The notes beneath the pieces are model-generated. The model was given only the letters and a program-made list of their open reading frames with translations, ran no database searches and was not told the DNA's origin. From a virus, in IMG/VR virus record IMGVR_UViG_3300008050_007409: a DNA stretch of 64,000 bases, one strand, 5' to 3'. Numbering within the stretch: the stretch's first letter is position 1; every line of letters starts with the position of its first letter. The position numbers were made by a program, and so were the translations under genes. Shown one piece after another: positions 27,528-37,596 of the stretch.

Positions 27528-28613
27528 ATGAGCAGCCCTGTACGGCAGCTCGCGGAGCAGTATCTGCACAACGTCAGGCCGAGCGGGAGAGGCAACTTCC
27601 GTGCAGCTTGTCCGTTCCACGACAGCGCCTCCGCGAAGCGATCGTTCTACATCTACGGAAAGTCTGGAGGATGGGCCTGTTTCGGCTGCGGCCTGACAGG
27701 TACGCTTCCGAGTCTGCTCTACCGCCTTGGGATGTCCAGGGAGCGGGTAGATCAGGTTCTCAACGGCGTCAACTACTCCAGCTGGAAGCCGGAGTCTGCC
27801 GAGCGCCGCGGCCGCATCAAGGCCCAGGGATGGGACGTCCTGCCCGAGTTCATCTTGGGAGCCTGGGACTGGTGCCCCGAACGGATGATCTGGTGGGGCT
27901 TCTCCGAGGAGATCCTCCAGGAGTTCGACATCGGCTTCGACAAGGTCCGCAAGAGGATCACCTTCCCGATCCGCGACCACGCTGGCCGACTGGCTGGGGT
28001 GAGCGGCCGGGCCGAACCGGGAGGATTCCCCCGGTATAAGGTGTATGACGCGACCCCACCTTCCAACGGAGTGAGGGCCGGAGAGCTCTACGAGGTCCTC
28101 GAGAAGAAGGCCTACACTCCAGACAACCGGCGACACGTCTACGGACTCGACCGGTTCTACGCCGCCAGGCTGCTACGGCCTGACGAAGACCACCCTCCCC
28201 TCCTCCTGGTCGAGGGGTACAAGGGCACCCTCTGGATGGTCCAGAACGGGTTCGATCACACGGGAGGGCTACAAGGCTCCTCCCTGACCAGGCACCAGGA
28301 AGACGTCCTCGGAGCCATCCGAGGGACCAAGTACGTCCTGCTGGATCACGAGCCGGGGAAGGCCTTCCCCGACGAGAACGGGCGCTGCGCTGCGTACTGG
28401 ATTACTGAACGCTTGTCCAGGTATGGTAAGGCGTTGGTCTGCCAGTACCCAGAGGGAACCGAACTCGGTACCAGCCCCGACGATCTCACCAAAGATCAGC
28501 TACAGCAGTTGGTTGACACAGCAACCACTACGGCGAAAGCCAACCTCCACAACCGCTCCGGCCTCGATGGCTGGACTCGCACAACAACGACAAGAAGGAT
28601 CAGAACATCATGA
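27528..28613 (+). CDS. DNA primase (CHC2 zinc finger + TOPRIM)
   Basis: CPFH...CFGC, RITFPIRD...GVSGR, RYK, LLVEGY. Start ATG 27528. Confidence 0.88.
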   Translation: MSSPVRQLAEQYLHNVRPSGRGNFRAACPFHDSASAKRSFYIYGKSGGWACFGCGLTGTLPSLLYRLGMSRERVDQVLNGVNYSSWKPESAERRGRIKAQGWDVLPEFILGAWDWCPERMIWWGFSEEILQEFDIGFDKVRKRITFPIRDHAGRLAGVSGRAEPGGFPRYKVYDATPPSNGVRAGELYEVLEKKAYTPDNRRHVYGLDRFYAARLLRPDEDHPPLLLVEGYKGTLWMVQNGFDHTGGLQGSSLTRHQEDVLGAIRGTKYVLLDHEPGKAFPDENGRCAAYWITERLSRYGKALVCQYPEGTELGTSPDDLTKDQLQQLVDTATTTAKANLHNRSGLDGWTRTTTTRRIRTS

Positions 28614-29782
28614 GTGGATTCCACGCGTTCCGCAAGGCGCAGAAGAAGAGCAACGCCGCCTCCTCCGGTGGCGGGGGCCGCACCCCCTGGCAGTCCTACA
28701 TCCTGAAGATGGACACCGGCGAGACCGCCGGCATCCGCGTCCTGTCGCCCGGCGACGAGGGCTTCTTCATCTTCAAGTCCCACGGCTTCCCGCAGCAGAT
28801 CTGCACGGCGGAGCTCCCCGGCTTCGACGGCAAGTGCGTCTACTGCCACTACAACGAGCGGGACAAGGAGTTCCGTGACGCCTACTACGCGAAGGTCCGC
28901 ACCGTCGCCTGCGTGGTCGACTTCCGCTACTTCCACTGGGACAACTCCGGTGAGAAGACCCTGGTGCACCCCTGCGCCGACGCCGAGCCGAACCCCAAGA
29001 AGGTCCGGTGCCGTCACTGCAAGAGCACCAACGCCGAGCTCAGCGCCCGCCACTTCGGTGGCCAGAAGCGCTGGGAGCTGACCAACGACCAGCGCGACCA
29101 GCTCGCTGAGGTCCACGGCAAGCTCCAGGCCGTCTGCGTGGCCCAGAGCGACGAGGACGATGCCGAGAGCGTCTGCGGCCAGCGGATCGACGTGCTGGGC
29201 TACCAGTGCGGCAACCCCGAGTGCTCCGAGCTCATCATCACCGAGCGCGACATGGAGACCCACGACATCTCCGAGGCGCTCGAAGACACCTACGAGTGTG
29301 AGGAGTGCAACCAGGAGAACTGGCTCGAGCCCATCCTGGTCTGCGAGTCTGGCGACCACGAGGCCGAGCCCGGCTCCATCTTCGGCAAGATCGTCGAGGT
29401 GACCTGCAGCGGCCGGACCGTGAAGACCAAGAGCGGTGACCGTACCCGCAAGTCCTACAACTTCGACCGCAACGTCGCCCCCTGGAGCCGGGTCGAGGAC
29501 GACCTCGCCGCCTTCGGGCTGTCGGACGAGGAGATCGAGAAGACCTCCAAGCACGACGACCTGCTGAAGCGCTTCGCACCCTTCCGCCTCGACCCCGGCG
29601 AGTACGGCAACGAGGCCGAGTACGTGGTGGCCGTGCTGGAGAAGCAGGTCGAGAAGATCAACGACAAGGTCAAGAAGGAGCGCGACAAGATCTCGCTCCC
29701 CGATGGCTGGGGTGACAGCGACGACGGTGGCGGCGGCAAGCGCAGCACCGGCGGCCGCCCCTGGCAGCGCAAGCGGTCCTGA
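28610..29782 (+). CDS. Putative single-stranded DNA-binding protein (gp32-like) with several Cys clusters
   Basis: N-terminal LKMDTGETAGIRVL, H...C...CVYC zinc module; lies next to the primase; followed by a strong hairpin. Confidence 0.55.
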   Translation: MSGFHAFRKAQKKSNAASSGGGGRTPWQSYILKMDTGETAGIRVLSPGDEGFFIFKSHGFPQQICTAELPGFDGKCVYCHYNERDKEFRDAYYAKVRTVACVVDFRYFHWDNSGEKTLVHPCADAEPNPKKVRCRHCKSTNAELSARHFGGQKRWELTNDQRDQLAEVHGKLQAVCVAQSDEDDAESVCGQRIDVLGYQCGNPECSELIITERDMETHDISEALEDTYECEECNQENWLEPILVCESGDHEAEPGSIFGKIVEVTCSGRTVKTKSGDRTRKSYNFDRNVAPWSRVEDDLAAFGLSDEEIEKTSKHDDLLKRFAPFRLDPGEYGNEAEYVVAVLEKQVEKINDKVKKERDKISLPDGWGDSDDGGGGKRSTGGRPWQRKRS

Positions 29783-29793
29783 TCTGCCCCCAC

Positions 29794-29834
29794 GAGGTCG
29801 GTCTCGGCGGGCGCTGCCTGTCGGGGCCGACCTC
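29794..29834 (+). terminator. Long stem-loop after the SSB-like gene (stabiliser, attenuator or processing site)
   Basis: gaggtcggtctcggcgggc / gcctgtcggggccgacctc form a 19-bp stem with G-U pairs. No U tract. Confidence 0.55.
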
Positions 29835-29843
29835 ACTGGAGAC

Positions 29844-31001
29844 ATGATGTTTACACCGCAGATCCAACGAGCATTGGGCGAGGGTTGCCTCCGCCTGATC
29901 AACGACAACCTCTACATCGGGAACGGCCGGTGGCTGTTCCGGCTCTACAGCCCTGAGCTGCACATCCCTCAGCAAGTCCTGGACCTGGCCCACACCGTCG
30001 AGGACCTGGAGGGGAACCACGTGCTCGACTACCGGGTCCTCAACGCCCGGTCGATCGACGTGAAGAACGAGAGCTTCCTCCCAGCCGGGATGCGGAAGCA
30101 CCACCCCCTCTACATCCGACTGGACTCACGCCTACCCGCTGACGGCGACGAGATCGAGGAGATGTTCGAGAGCACCCGCGGGCACGCGGAGGAGCCGAGG
30201 CTCGACCTCATGTCCCTCTACCGCTCTGGCGAGATGCGCACCGTCTACGAAGGGGCGATGACCTACGACCCCAACAAGGAGCTGGGCGCCCGCCGGACCA
30301 AGCTCGCCAAGGCGTCCAAGGCGTCCGCCTACTTCTACGAGGGAGACGAGGTCGTCGTCGGAGTCCCCGCTGCTCTGATGGAGATGCTGTCCTCCCTGGA
30401 CTTCGACCTCTGGATCCCGATGGAGAAGGAGAACGAGATCCCAACCATCGGAGGGTGGAACAACGAGCTGAGGGCTGAGATCCTCTTGGGCCCCGTCAGC
30501 GACCTCCACGTGACGCACACTCCCGACGGCCGGAAGCTCAACTCCCGCAAGGGGTGCATGCTCTGCTGGTGGACGGAGGAGCGGGCGATGCAGGAAGTCA
30601 ACACCACTGTGGGCTTCGACCCGACCCGGTACGACCAGAAGAAGGTGATCTCCGCGTGGCTCTCCGGCGAGATCAACCACCCCCACATGGGCATCGATGC
30701 TCTTCGCTGGCAGGGTGTCCCTGAGGACATGATCCGGACCCACCTGGAGAAGGTCCAGGAAGCCTCCTGGCCTGTGATCTACAAGGGACACATGGAGACC
30801 GCTGACCGCCTCATGACGCGGATCATCGAAGAGACAGCGAGCGACAAGGTCATCCCGGACTGGCAGGTCCGGAGCTGGAAGTCGGAGCTGGAGAGGCTCT
30901 GCAACTTCATCGAGGCGATGCAGCCTCTGGTAGAGGAAGAGCTGAGTCTGGGAGTCATCCCGGAGATTGCAGAAGCCCTGCAGGAGGTTGAAGTCGCATG
31001 A
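29844..31001 (+). CDS. Hypothetical protein
   Basis: GGAG RBS before ATG 29844; ATGA overlap with the DNA polymerase gene. Confidence 0.72.
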   Translation: MMFTPQIQRALGEGCLRLINDNLYIGNGRWLFRLYSPELHIPQQVLDLAHTVEDLEGNHVLDYRVLNARSIDVKNESFLPAGMRKHHPLYIRLDSRLPADGDEIEEMFESTRGHAEEPRLDLMSLYRSGEMRTVYEGAMTYDPNKELGARRTKLAKASKASAYFYEGDEVVVGVPAALMEMLSSLDFDLWIPMEKENEIPTIGGWNNELRAEILLGPVSDLHVTHTPDGRKLNSRKGCMLCWWTEERAMQEVNTTVGFDPTRYDQKKVISAWLSGEINHPHMGIDALRWQGVPEDMIRTHLEKVQEASWPVIYKGHMETADRLMTRIIEETASDKVIPDWQVRSWKSELERLCNFIEAMQPLVEEELSLGVIPEIAEALQEVEVA

Positions 31002-32971
31002 GATTCCGCAGCGTTGCCCCGAACCCGATCTACGTGGACACACCGGAGCTGGTGGAGTCCTGCCTCAAGCGGTGCTTCCGCTCCAGCCTCCTCGCCATCG
31101 ACACCGAGACCATGGGTCGGGAGAAGGACGGCTACCTGAAGCTGGACGACCAGGTCGTCAACATGGGGCTGAGTCCGGACGAGGGGAGTCGCTTCTTCGT
31201 CCCCCGCCGGCTGCTCCACCACTTCCGGGTCCTCCTGGCGGATTCGTCCATCCCGAAGGCGCTGCACAACTACAAGTTCGACGCGCACCGGCTGGCCAAC
31301 GCAGGCTGCGAGATCGAAGGACCCCTCTGGGAGACTCTGATCTTCGACTTCCTCTACGACGAGGACATCCGGGAGAATCGGCACGGTCTCGATCAGTGCT
31401 CGATGGACTACTTCGAGATCCCGATGGCCAAGTACGCGGACATCGTGGGCAGGACGGACCCGCGGACCCTCGTCCCTGGTCACGAGAAGTGGCTCCGCTA
31501 CCTCGACTACGGCTCTCTGGATGGCTGGGTGACGAGGAAGCTGGCGCTCCTCCTGGCCGACAAGCTCCAGAAGATCCACCTGTTCCGGGTGGAGGCCTAC
31601 GAGCAGGAGCTGGATGACGGCCGGATGTCTCCGGAGGAGGTCGAGGAGCTCTGCAACCGGACCATGTGGGACCACTACTGGGACTACGAGGAGCCGCAGG
31701 TCAAGGCCCTCTACAAGATGGAGAGACGGGGCATCACCATCAACGATGCCCACCTGGAGCGCATCGCGAAGGAGCTCCAGCTGGAGATGGACGAGGCCGC
31801 CGCTGAGATCAGCCGCATGGCGGGCTACCCGCTGAACCCCAACAGCACCAAGCAGATAGGGAAGTGGCTGTTCGAGGACCTGGGCCTGACTCCCCTGGGC
31901 CGGACGCCCACTGGCAACCCCCAGGTCGGGGAGGACGTGCTCAAGCACTTCGCCGCCCAGGGCGTCGAGGGCTGCCAGGTGGCCATGCGCTACAAGAAGG
32001 CCAGCAAGCTCAAGGGCACCTACGCAGAGGGCCTCCTGAAGTGGCTCCACAGCAACGGGCGGATCCACACCAACTACAGCCCGACCAAGGTGACTGGACG
32101 CCTGGGCTCCAACAGCCCGAACCTCCAGAACATCCCGCGCCCCGACTGGGACGTGAAGAAGATCCGCGCTGCCTTCATCCCCGACTGCGAGGACGACATC
32201 CTCCTGGACGTGGACTACGGCCAGTTGGAGATGCGGATCCTCGCGTCCGCTGCTGAGGGATACGGCGACTCGACGATGGCAGACGGGATCAGGGGTGGCA
32301 TGGACATGCACTCCTTCACCGGTGCCAAGATGATCGGCATCTCCTACGAGGACTTCCTCCAGGGGAAGAAGGACGAAGATCCGCACATCCTCGCAGTCCG
32401 CCAGGCGGCCAAGGCCATCAACTTCGGCATCGTCTACGGCATCGCGGCACAGGGACTCTCGATCCAGCTCTCCGAGGCGCTGAAGCGTCGTGTCGGTGAA
32501 AGCGAGGCCCAGGGCTACATCGACGCCTACTTCGAGGCCTTCCCCGGCGTGAAGATCTACATGGCCGCGCAGAAGAGCTCTGCTCGCAACGTCGGCTACG
32601 TCCAGACCATCGCCGGCCGCTTCCGTCGCCTGAGCGCTGCTCGCAGCAAGAGGCCGATGGAGCGTGGCTACGCCTACCGACAGGCGATCAACGCCCCCAT
32701 CCAGGGCTCCGCGGCCGACGTAGTGAAGGACGCGATGATCAAGCTGGAGAACGACGTCTACCTCAGGGATGACCTCGGATGCACCCTGCGCATGCAGGTC
32801 CACGACGAGTTCGTCTTCAACGTGAAGAACGGCGCCAACGATCCTGATCTCATCGCAGAGTGCACCGAGATCATCAAGGAGACGATGGAAGCCTGCTTCT
32901 CGCAGATCCTCACCGTGCCGCTGATCGCAGATCCTTCGGCGGCCCACAACTGGAGCGATGCAAAGGGATGA
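30998..32971 (+). CDS. polA: Family A DNA polymerase (3'-5' exonuclease + polymerase, no 5'-3' exonuclease)
   Basis: Exonuclease motifs DTET, HNYKFD, YGSLD. Polymerase motifs TGRLGS..PNLQNIP, DYGQLEMR, RQAAKAINFGIVYG, NAPIQGSAAD, QVHDE. Confidence 0.95.
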   Translation: MRFRSVAPNPIYVDTPELVESCLKRCFRSSLLAIDTETMGREKDGYLKLDDQVVNMGLSPDEGSRFFVPRRLLHHFRVLLADSSIPKALHNYKFDAHRLANAGCEIEGPLWETLIFDFLYDEDIRENRHGLDQCSMDYFEIPMAKYADIVGRTDPRTLVPGHEKWLRYLDYGSLDGWVTRKLALLLADKLQKIHLFRVEAYEQELDDGRMSPEEVEELCNRTMWDHYWDYEEPQVKALYKMERRGITINDAHLERIAKELQLEMDEAAAEISRMAGYPLNPNSTKQIGKWLFEDLGLTPLGRTPTGNPQVGEDVLKHFAAQGVEGCQVAMRYKKASKLKGTYAEGLLKWLHSNGRIHTNYSPTKVTGRLGSNSPNLQNIPRPDWDVKKIRAAFIPDCEDDILLDVDYGQLEMRILASAAEGYGDSTMADGIRGGMDMHSFTGAKMIGISYEDFLQGKKDEDPHILAVRQAAKAINFGIVYGIAAQGLSIQLSEALKRRVGESEAQGYIDAYFEAFPGVKIYMAAQKSSARNVGYVQTIAGRFRRLSAARSKRPMERGYAYRQAINAPIQGSAADVVKDAMIKLENDVYLRDDLGCTLRMQVHDEFVFNVKNGANDPDLIAECTEIIKETMEACFSQILTVPLIADPSAAHNWSDAKG

Positions 32972-33105
32972 GCAACACCGACAAGAAGCCCGAAGAGAAG
33001 GGGATGACGAAGTACGCCGTCGTCCAGGACCCCAAGGAGAAGGAGGCCGCCGCCAAGGCCAAGAAGGACATCGACAAGTCCAAGAAGGCCAAGCCCAAGA
33101 AGTGA
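32968..33105 (+). CDS. Small Lys-rich protein
   Basis: ATGA overlap with the polymerase stop; reads MSNTDKKPEEKG... Confidence 0.6.
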   Translation: MSNTDKKPEEKGMTKYAVVQDPKEKEAAAKAKKDIDKSKKAKPKK

Positions 33106-33374
33106 GGCGGCTCATCCTGGGCGCAGCGGCCCTCTTCGCGCTGGTCCTCCACCCCCTCCGGACGCTCAAGTCCGTGATCCAGGGAGCTCGGGAGGGCTGG
33201 CGCCGAGGGGTGGCCGGTGAGCCGAAAGAGCAGATGCCCTCCATGCGGGGGCACGTGGTGGACGTGGAGATCGCTCCTCGGAAGCCCTCCCACCGAACCT
33301 ACGGGTTCAGCCACCAGATCATCGAAGTAGGAGAGACCAGTGCCCTCGCAGTCCGCAACGAAGAAGGCCCGTAA
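33102..33374 (+). CDS. Small protein with N-terminal hydrophobic segment
   Basis: GTGA overlap; reads [18 protein letters not shown]... Confidence 0.5.
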   Translation: MRRLILGAAALFALVLHPLRTLKSVIQGAREGWRRGVAGEPKEQMPSMRGHVVDVEIAPRKPSHRTYGFSHQIIEVGETSALAVRNEEGP

Positions 33375-34386
33375 GAGGGGCGAGAAGCAAGCCCTCGGCG
33401 ACCCCGAGAAGGTCATCGCTGACCTGATCAGCACCATCAACTCGAAGGGGGACGGCCAGATCGGCACGGTCCGAGGGAAGCACGGCATCAAGGCCGAGGT
33501 CTCCGGAGCTGTCCCTTCCGGCTCCATCGGTCTGGACAAGGCCATCGGCGTGGGCGGCTACCCGGCCGGTCGTGTCATCGAGATCTACGGCCCCGAGTCC
33601 AGCGGCAAGACCACCCTGGCCCTGCACGCCATCGCCAAGGCGCAGGAGATGGGCAAGGTCGCCGCGTTCATCGACGCTGAGCACGCGCTCGACTCCGAGT
33701 ACGCGGCAGCCCTGGGCGTCGACCTCGAGCACCTCCTCCTCTCCCAGCCCGACTGTGGAGAAGACGCGCTGCAGGTGGTAGACGACCTGATCCGCACCAA
33801 CAAGGTCGGCATCATCGTCATCGACTCTGTGGCGGCGCTCGTGCCCAAGGCCGAGCTCGAGGGCGACATGGGCGACTCGCTGCCGGGCCTCCAGGCCCGG
33901 CTGATGTCCCAGGCGCTGCGGAAGATCACGGGCGCCATCAGCAGGAGCGACTGCGTGGTGATCTTCATCAACCAGATCCGCTACAAGATCGGCGTCAAGT
34001 TCGGCTCCCCCGAGACCACCAGCGGAGGCAACTCGCTGAAGTTCTACGCCTCGGTCCGTCTGGACATCCGCCGCATCGGCTCCGTGAAGAAGGGCGAAGA
34101 CCTCACGGGCAACCGCACCCGCGTCAAGGTGGTGAAGAACAAGGTCTCCCCGCCCTTCAAGAAGGTGGAGTTCGACATCGCCTTCGGCATCGGCATCGAC
34201 GAGGCCGGCGAGCTGCTGGACATGGGCATCGACAACGGCACCCTGGTCCGCTCCGGCTCCTGGTACTACGACGGTCCCAAGTCGGACGGGAAGGCGGTCG
34301 GCCAGGGTCGAGATCGAGCCAAGAGGAACATCCTCGAGGACCTCGACCTCTACAACCGGCTGAGGGCGGCGGCGCTCGATGGCTGA
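33340..34386 (+). CDS. recA: Recombinase RecA
   Basis: [76 protein letters not shown]. Confidence 0.97.
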   Translation: MPSQSATKKARKRGEKQALGDPEKVIADLISTINSKGDGQIGTVRGKHGIKAEVSGAVPSGSIGLDKAIGVGGYPAGRVIEIYGPESSGKTTLALHAIAKAQEMGKVAAFIDAEHALDSEYAAALGVDLEHLLLSQPDCGEDALQVVDDLIRTNKVGIIVIDSVAALVPKAELEGDMGDSLPGLQARLMSQALRKITGAISRSDCVVIFINQIRYKIGVKFGSPETTSGGNSLKFYASVRLDIRRIGSVKKGEDLTGNRTRVKVVKNKVSPPFKKVEFDIAFGIGIDEAGELLDMGIDNGTLVRSGSWYYDGPKSDGKAVGQGRDRAKRNILEDLDLYNRLRAAALDG

Positions 34387-34999
34387 GGCTGAGGTCACCT
34401 GCAACTACTGCGATCAGTCGGGCACGGTCATCGTGCACGACGTGGTGGGGAAGACGGCCGAGTACGAGGACCGGATCCCTCACCTGGAGTCCTGCTCCAT
34501 CCGGAAGAAGCTGGAGAGCGCGGCCCTGCCCACCCGGCAGCCGCGCCACCTCAAGAAGAAGCGCTGGGTGAAGCAGGAGCGCCGCGCAGCTGAGAAGCTG
34601 GGCCTCCACGCAACCCCGGCGTCCGGGGCCCTGGGTGAGGACGGCGACGCCCGCGAATTCCACGGCATCCGCCTGGAGTGCAAGGGCACCGACTCGGACA
34701 GGTTCTCCTTGAGCCAGGCCGTGTGGTCCAAGCTGGTGACCGGTGCTCGACGCGCCGATGAGATCCCGGTCCTGCAGGTGGAGCTCCGCGGCTCTGCTGG
34801 CCTCTGCCGGTTCTACATCTTCGCCCAGGGCTCCTACGCCATGGAGTCCCAGGAGCACAAGCAGAAGTCTGTCCGCCGGGGGCTCCACCTCCGGAGAACG
34901 GATCAGGCTCGCACCCCCTTCCACGTGACCGCCTTGGACCCAGTCCCTGTCGTGGTCACTGAACGCCAACTACTCGAGGCCATCCGTGCAACTGAGTGA
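34379..34999 (+). CDS. PD-(D/E)xK Holliday-junction-resolvase-like nuclease
   Basis: KQERRAA...PASGA...GD...LECK pattern; N-terminal CxxC. Confidence 0.65.
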   Translation: MAEAEVTCNYCDQSGTVIVHDVVGKTAEYEDRIPHLESCSIRKKLESAALPTRQPRHLKKKRWVKQERRAAEKLGLHATPASGALGEDGDAREFHGIRLECKGTDSDRFSLSQAVWSKLVTGARRADEIPVLQVELRGSAGLCRFYIFAQGSYAMESQEHKQKSVRRGLHLRRTDQARTPFHVTALDPVPVVVTERQLLEAIRATE

Positions 35000-36314
35000 C
35001 ATCGTCTACGAGGTCCTGCGGGAGTCCAGGGATGACCTCCTCCCTCTGGAAGTCCAGGACCTGATCAGGAACGCCTGCTCCTACCGCAGCTTCCTCAAGC
35101 TGATCCGAGAGGAGCAGAACCAGAGGGGCCCCTCCCCGGAGGAGATCCTCCTCATCGAGTCCGCAAACAACTTCCGGGGCTTCTTCCAGAAGTACATGTC
35201 CGGCGCCTTCGGTGACCGGTACTCCCCGCCCGAGGAGGTCTGGTACGAGGGCGTCGTCCGTGTCCGCTACGAGGGCATGCTCGACAACATCCCCGTCTTC
35301 CTGGAGACGCTGCCCTACAAGCAGTACCAGCAAGGGCAGATCCCCAAGCGCATCCAGCACGCCATCGCGGCGCGAACCCACCTCCTGGGCACAGACATGG
35401 CCTACGTGGTGATCATGGATCAGAACACCCAGGGGTGGAACGCCTGGCAGCTGACCGGGGACTTCAACGTCGTCGGCGAGCTCGCGCTGCAGGACGTCGG
35501 CTACCTCAAGAGCCTGGCTGAAGGCATCGCCGACAGCATGGGGATCCGGACCGAGTGCGAGGCCTGCCCCTACGAGCAGGTCTGCGACGTCGACAACCAC
35601 ATGAGCTCTGTCCAGAGCTTCCCGAGGGTGGCCTACAGGACCACGCACGACTCCGAGCTCATCAAGGAGCTGGAGAAGTACCTCTGGGGCCTGAACAAGA
35701 AGAGCACAGGTCGCAAGACCCACGTGATCCACCCCTCGGAGCTGACGACCTCGAAGTGCGACCGCGCCATCGCCTACGGGCTGCAGGGTGTCGCTGAGCG
35801 GCGGAGCATCGAGCCCGGCCTTCGCCGGATCTTCGACATGGGTCACGCGGCCCACGACCTGGTCCAGATGGCCATCAAGTACCACCTCGGGGACGAAGCC
35901 ATCCTCGAAGCCAGGTGCACGCACGAGCACCTGAAGATCTCCGGCAGCTGCGACATCGCCCTTGAGGACGACGCTGTAGAGATCAAGACGATGTCCTTCA
36001 AGGGCCACGACAAGCTCAACAAGCAGAAGCCCGAGCACGAGGACCAGGACACCATCTACGCCACCGCGTTGGAGAAGGACCACCTGCGGTTCCTCTACAT
36101 CAACAAGAACTCCGGCGTGATCAAGGAGTTCAGGAAGAAGGTCAGCCGACAGCGGTGGCACAAGCTGGCTACCCGAGCCTCTCGCATCGTGAAGGCTGTC
36201 GGAGAGGGCGTCCTGCCCGAGCAGATCGACAAGCCCTACATCTGCAACAAGTGCAAGTACGCATGGCATTGCAAGCCGGAGATCACTGGAAACAACAGGA
36301 AGTTCAGACGATGA
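34986..36314 (+). CDS. Cas4/RecB-like PD-(D/E)xK exonuclease with duplicated domain
   Basis: C-terminal domain HPSE..C...G..H...GSCD..VEIKT...Q..Y...CNKCKYAWHC. N-terminal degenerate copy ends CEACPYEQVC. Confidence 0.78.
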   Translation: MQLSDIVYEVLRESRDDLLPLEVQDLIRNACSYRSFLKLIREEQNQRGPSPEEILLIESANNFRGFFQKYMSGAFGDRYSPPEEVWYEGVVRVRYEGMLDNIPVFLETLPYKQYQQGQIPKRIQHAIAARTHLLGTDMAYVVIMDQNTQGWNAWQLTGDFNVVGELALQDVGYLKSLAEGIADSMGIRTECEACPYEQVCDVDNHMSSVQSFPRVAYRTTHDSELIKELEKYLWGLNKKSTGRKTHVIHPSELTTSKCDRAIAYGLQGVAERRSIEPGLRRIFDMGHAAHDLVQMAIKYHLGDEAILEARCTHEHLKISGSCDIALEDDAVEIKTMSFKGHDKLNKQKPEHEDQDTIYATALEKDHLRFLYINKNSGVIKEFRKKVSRQRWHKLATRASRIVKAVGEGVLPEQIDKPYICNKCKYAWHCKPEITGNNRKFRR

Positions 36315-36961
36315 GCGAAGAGAACAGATCGCGCTTCAGCGCACCTGCCCAGATCCGAGTCGACGAGCTCATCAGCATCTACGACGGGATCCTCCCGGCC
36401 GTGGACGCGATCCTCGCCGACAAGGAGATCACCACCGAGCTCCCGCAGCCTCGCATGCCGCTGGGGATCGAAGACTACCTGGTCGAGGCCGACAACGGCG
36501 ACCCGGTCCTGCCCGACGACCTGACGGTCCTGGGCGACAAGGAGATCGGGAAGCTGTTCAGCTTCTTCACCAACTGGACCAACTACGTCCAGGGGCTGCT
36601 CACCACCGCCGAGTGCGCTCGCGACGTGATCAAGTCCAAGGTGGCGACGCTGGAGAAGGCCCTGATCATCACCTACCAGGAGGAGGACTCCCGACTCTCC
36701 GACGCGAAGGCCAAGGCGAAGATCCGCCTGGACCGACGCTTCGTGGAGGCCGAAGCTGCCTACCAGCGCTCTGTGGTCCTGGCCAAGCGGCTCTCGACCC
36801 GGTGGGATCAGCTCAAGCGATCCGAGAAGGTGATCTCCCGAGAGCAGACCCGTCGAGCTCAGGAGCTGGAGGCACTTCAGCATGAGCAGCGCGGCGGCCG
36901 CACCTTCGACCGGAGTCGAGGTCGTGGAGGACCTCGAGGAGGCGGCGGGAGGTACGACTGA
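36311..36961 (+). CDS. UvsY-like helical recombination accessory protein (tentative)
   Basis: Long amphipathic helices (SDAKAKAKIRLDRRFVEAEAAY...); located in the RecA/nuclease cluster; start ATG 36311. Confidence 0.5.
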   Translation: MSEENRSRFSAPAQIRVDELISIYDGILPAVDAILADKEITTELPQPRMPLGIEDYLVEADNGDPVLPDDLTVLGDKEIGKLFSFFTNWTNYVQGLLTTAECARDVIKSKVATLEKALIITYQEEDSRLSDAKAKAKIRLDRRFVEAEAAYQRSVVLAKRLSTRWDQLKRSEKVISREQTRRAQELEALQHEQRGGRTFDRSRGRGGPRGGGGRYD

Positions 36962-37572
36962 TGGAGTCCCTGACCCCAGAAGCCTTGATCTCTCAGCTCC
37001 TTGCAGAGCGGTGCGGAGGTCGGTGCCTGGATGACGAGGAGGACCGCCTGGCTGTCGCTGAGTGGGTCCTGGACTTCATGGAGGTCATGGCGGAGGGGCC
37101 TCAACCCCTCGCCACCTTCAGATTCCCAGATCCCCCTCCCAGCGCCAACAAGATCTACACCGTCAACCGAGGGCGGAAGATCTTGATGGCCGAAGCCAGG
37201 AAGTGGAAGAACCGCTTCGTCACCAGCAAGGGTGGGGCTCATTTCCTGGAGCTGGCTTCCTTGGATCTGAGCGACCATGATCAGTTCCACCTGGAGATCT
37301 GGATCTACCTTGATGAGGAGGAGATCCGGAACGTGAAGTTCGGCCAGGACAAGAGGACCAAGTACCCCTACGCAAAGGTCGACACCTCCAACTTCTTCAA
37401 GCTGGCGGAGGATGCAGTCACCGAGCTGCTGGGGGTCACCTGTGACCGGCAGAACTTCAAGATCTCCGCGCATAAGAGGGTAGCCGACGACCGCGGCCGT
37501 AGGATCGTCATACACCTCTTCCCCTACAACTCTCACCCTGATCCCTTGGATGCTGCCCCGGCCGTGGGTTAG
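36961..37572 (+). CDS. RusA-like Holliday junction resolvase
   Basis: PPSANKIY and KVDTSNFFKLAEDAV...DRQ motifs. Confidence 0.72.
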   Translation: MESLTPEALISQLLAERCGGRCLDDEEDRLAVAEWVLDFMEVMAEGPQPLATFRFPDPPPSANKIYTVNRGRKILMAEARKWKNRFVTSKGGAHFLELASLDLSDHDQFHLEIWIYLDEEEIRNVKFGQDKRTKYPYAKVDTSNFFKLAEDAVTELLGVTCDRQNFKISAHKRVADDRGRRIVIHLFPYNSHPDPLDAAPAVG

Positions 37573-37596
37573 CCTGAGATCGGAACTGGAAGCGGA

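Noticed and set aside
34986-36314. CRISPR-Cas system
   Set aside because: The Cas4-like gene stands alone in a recombination cluster; no cas1/cas2 and no repeat-spacer array were seen in the window.
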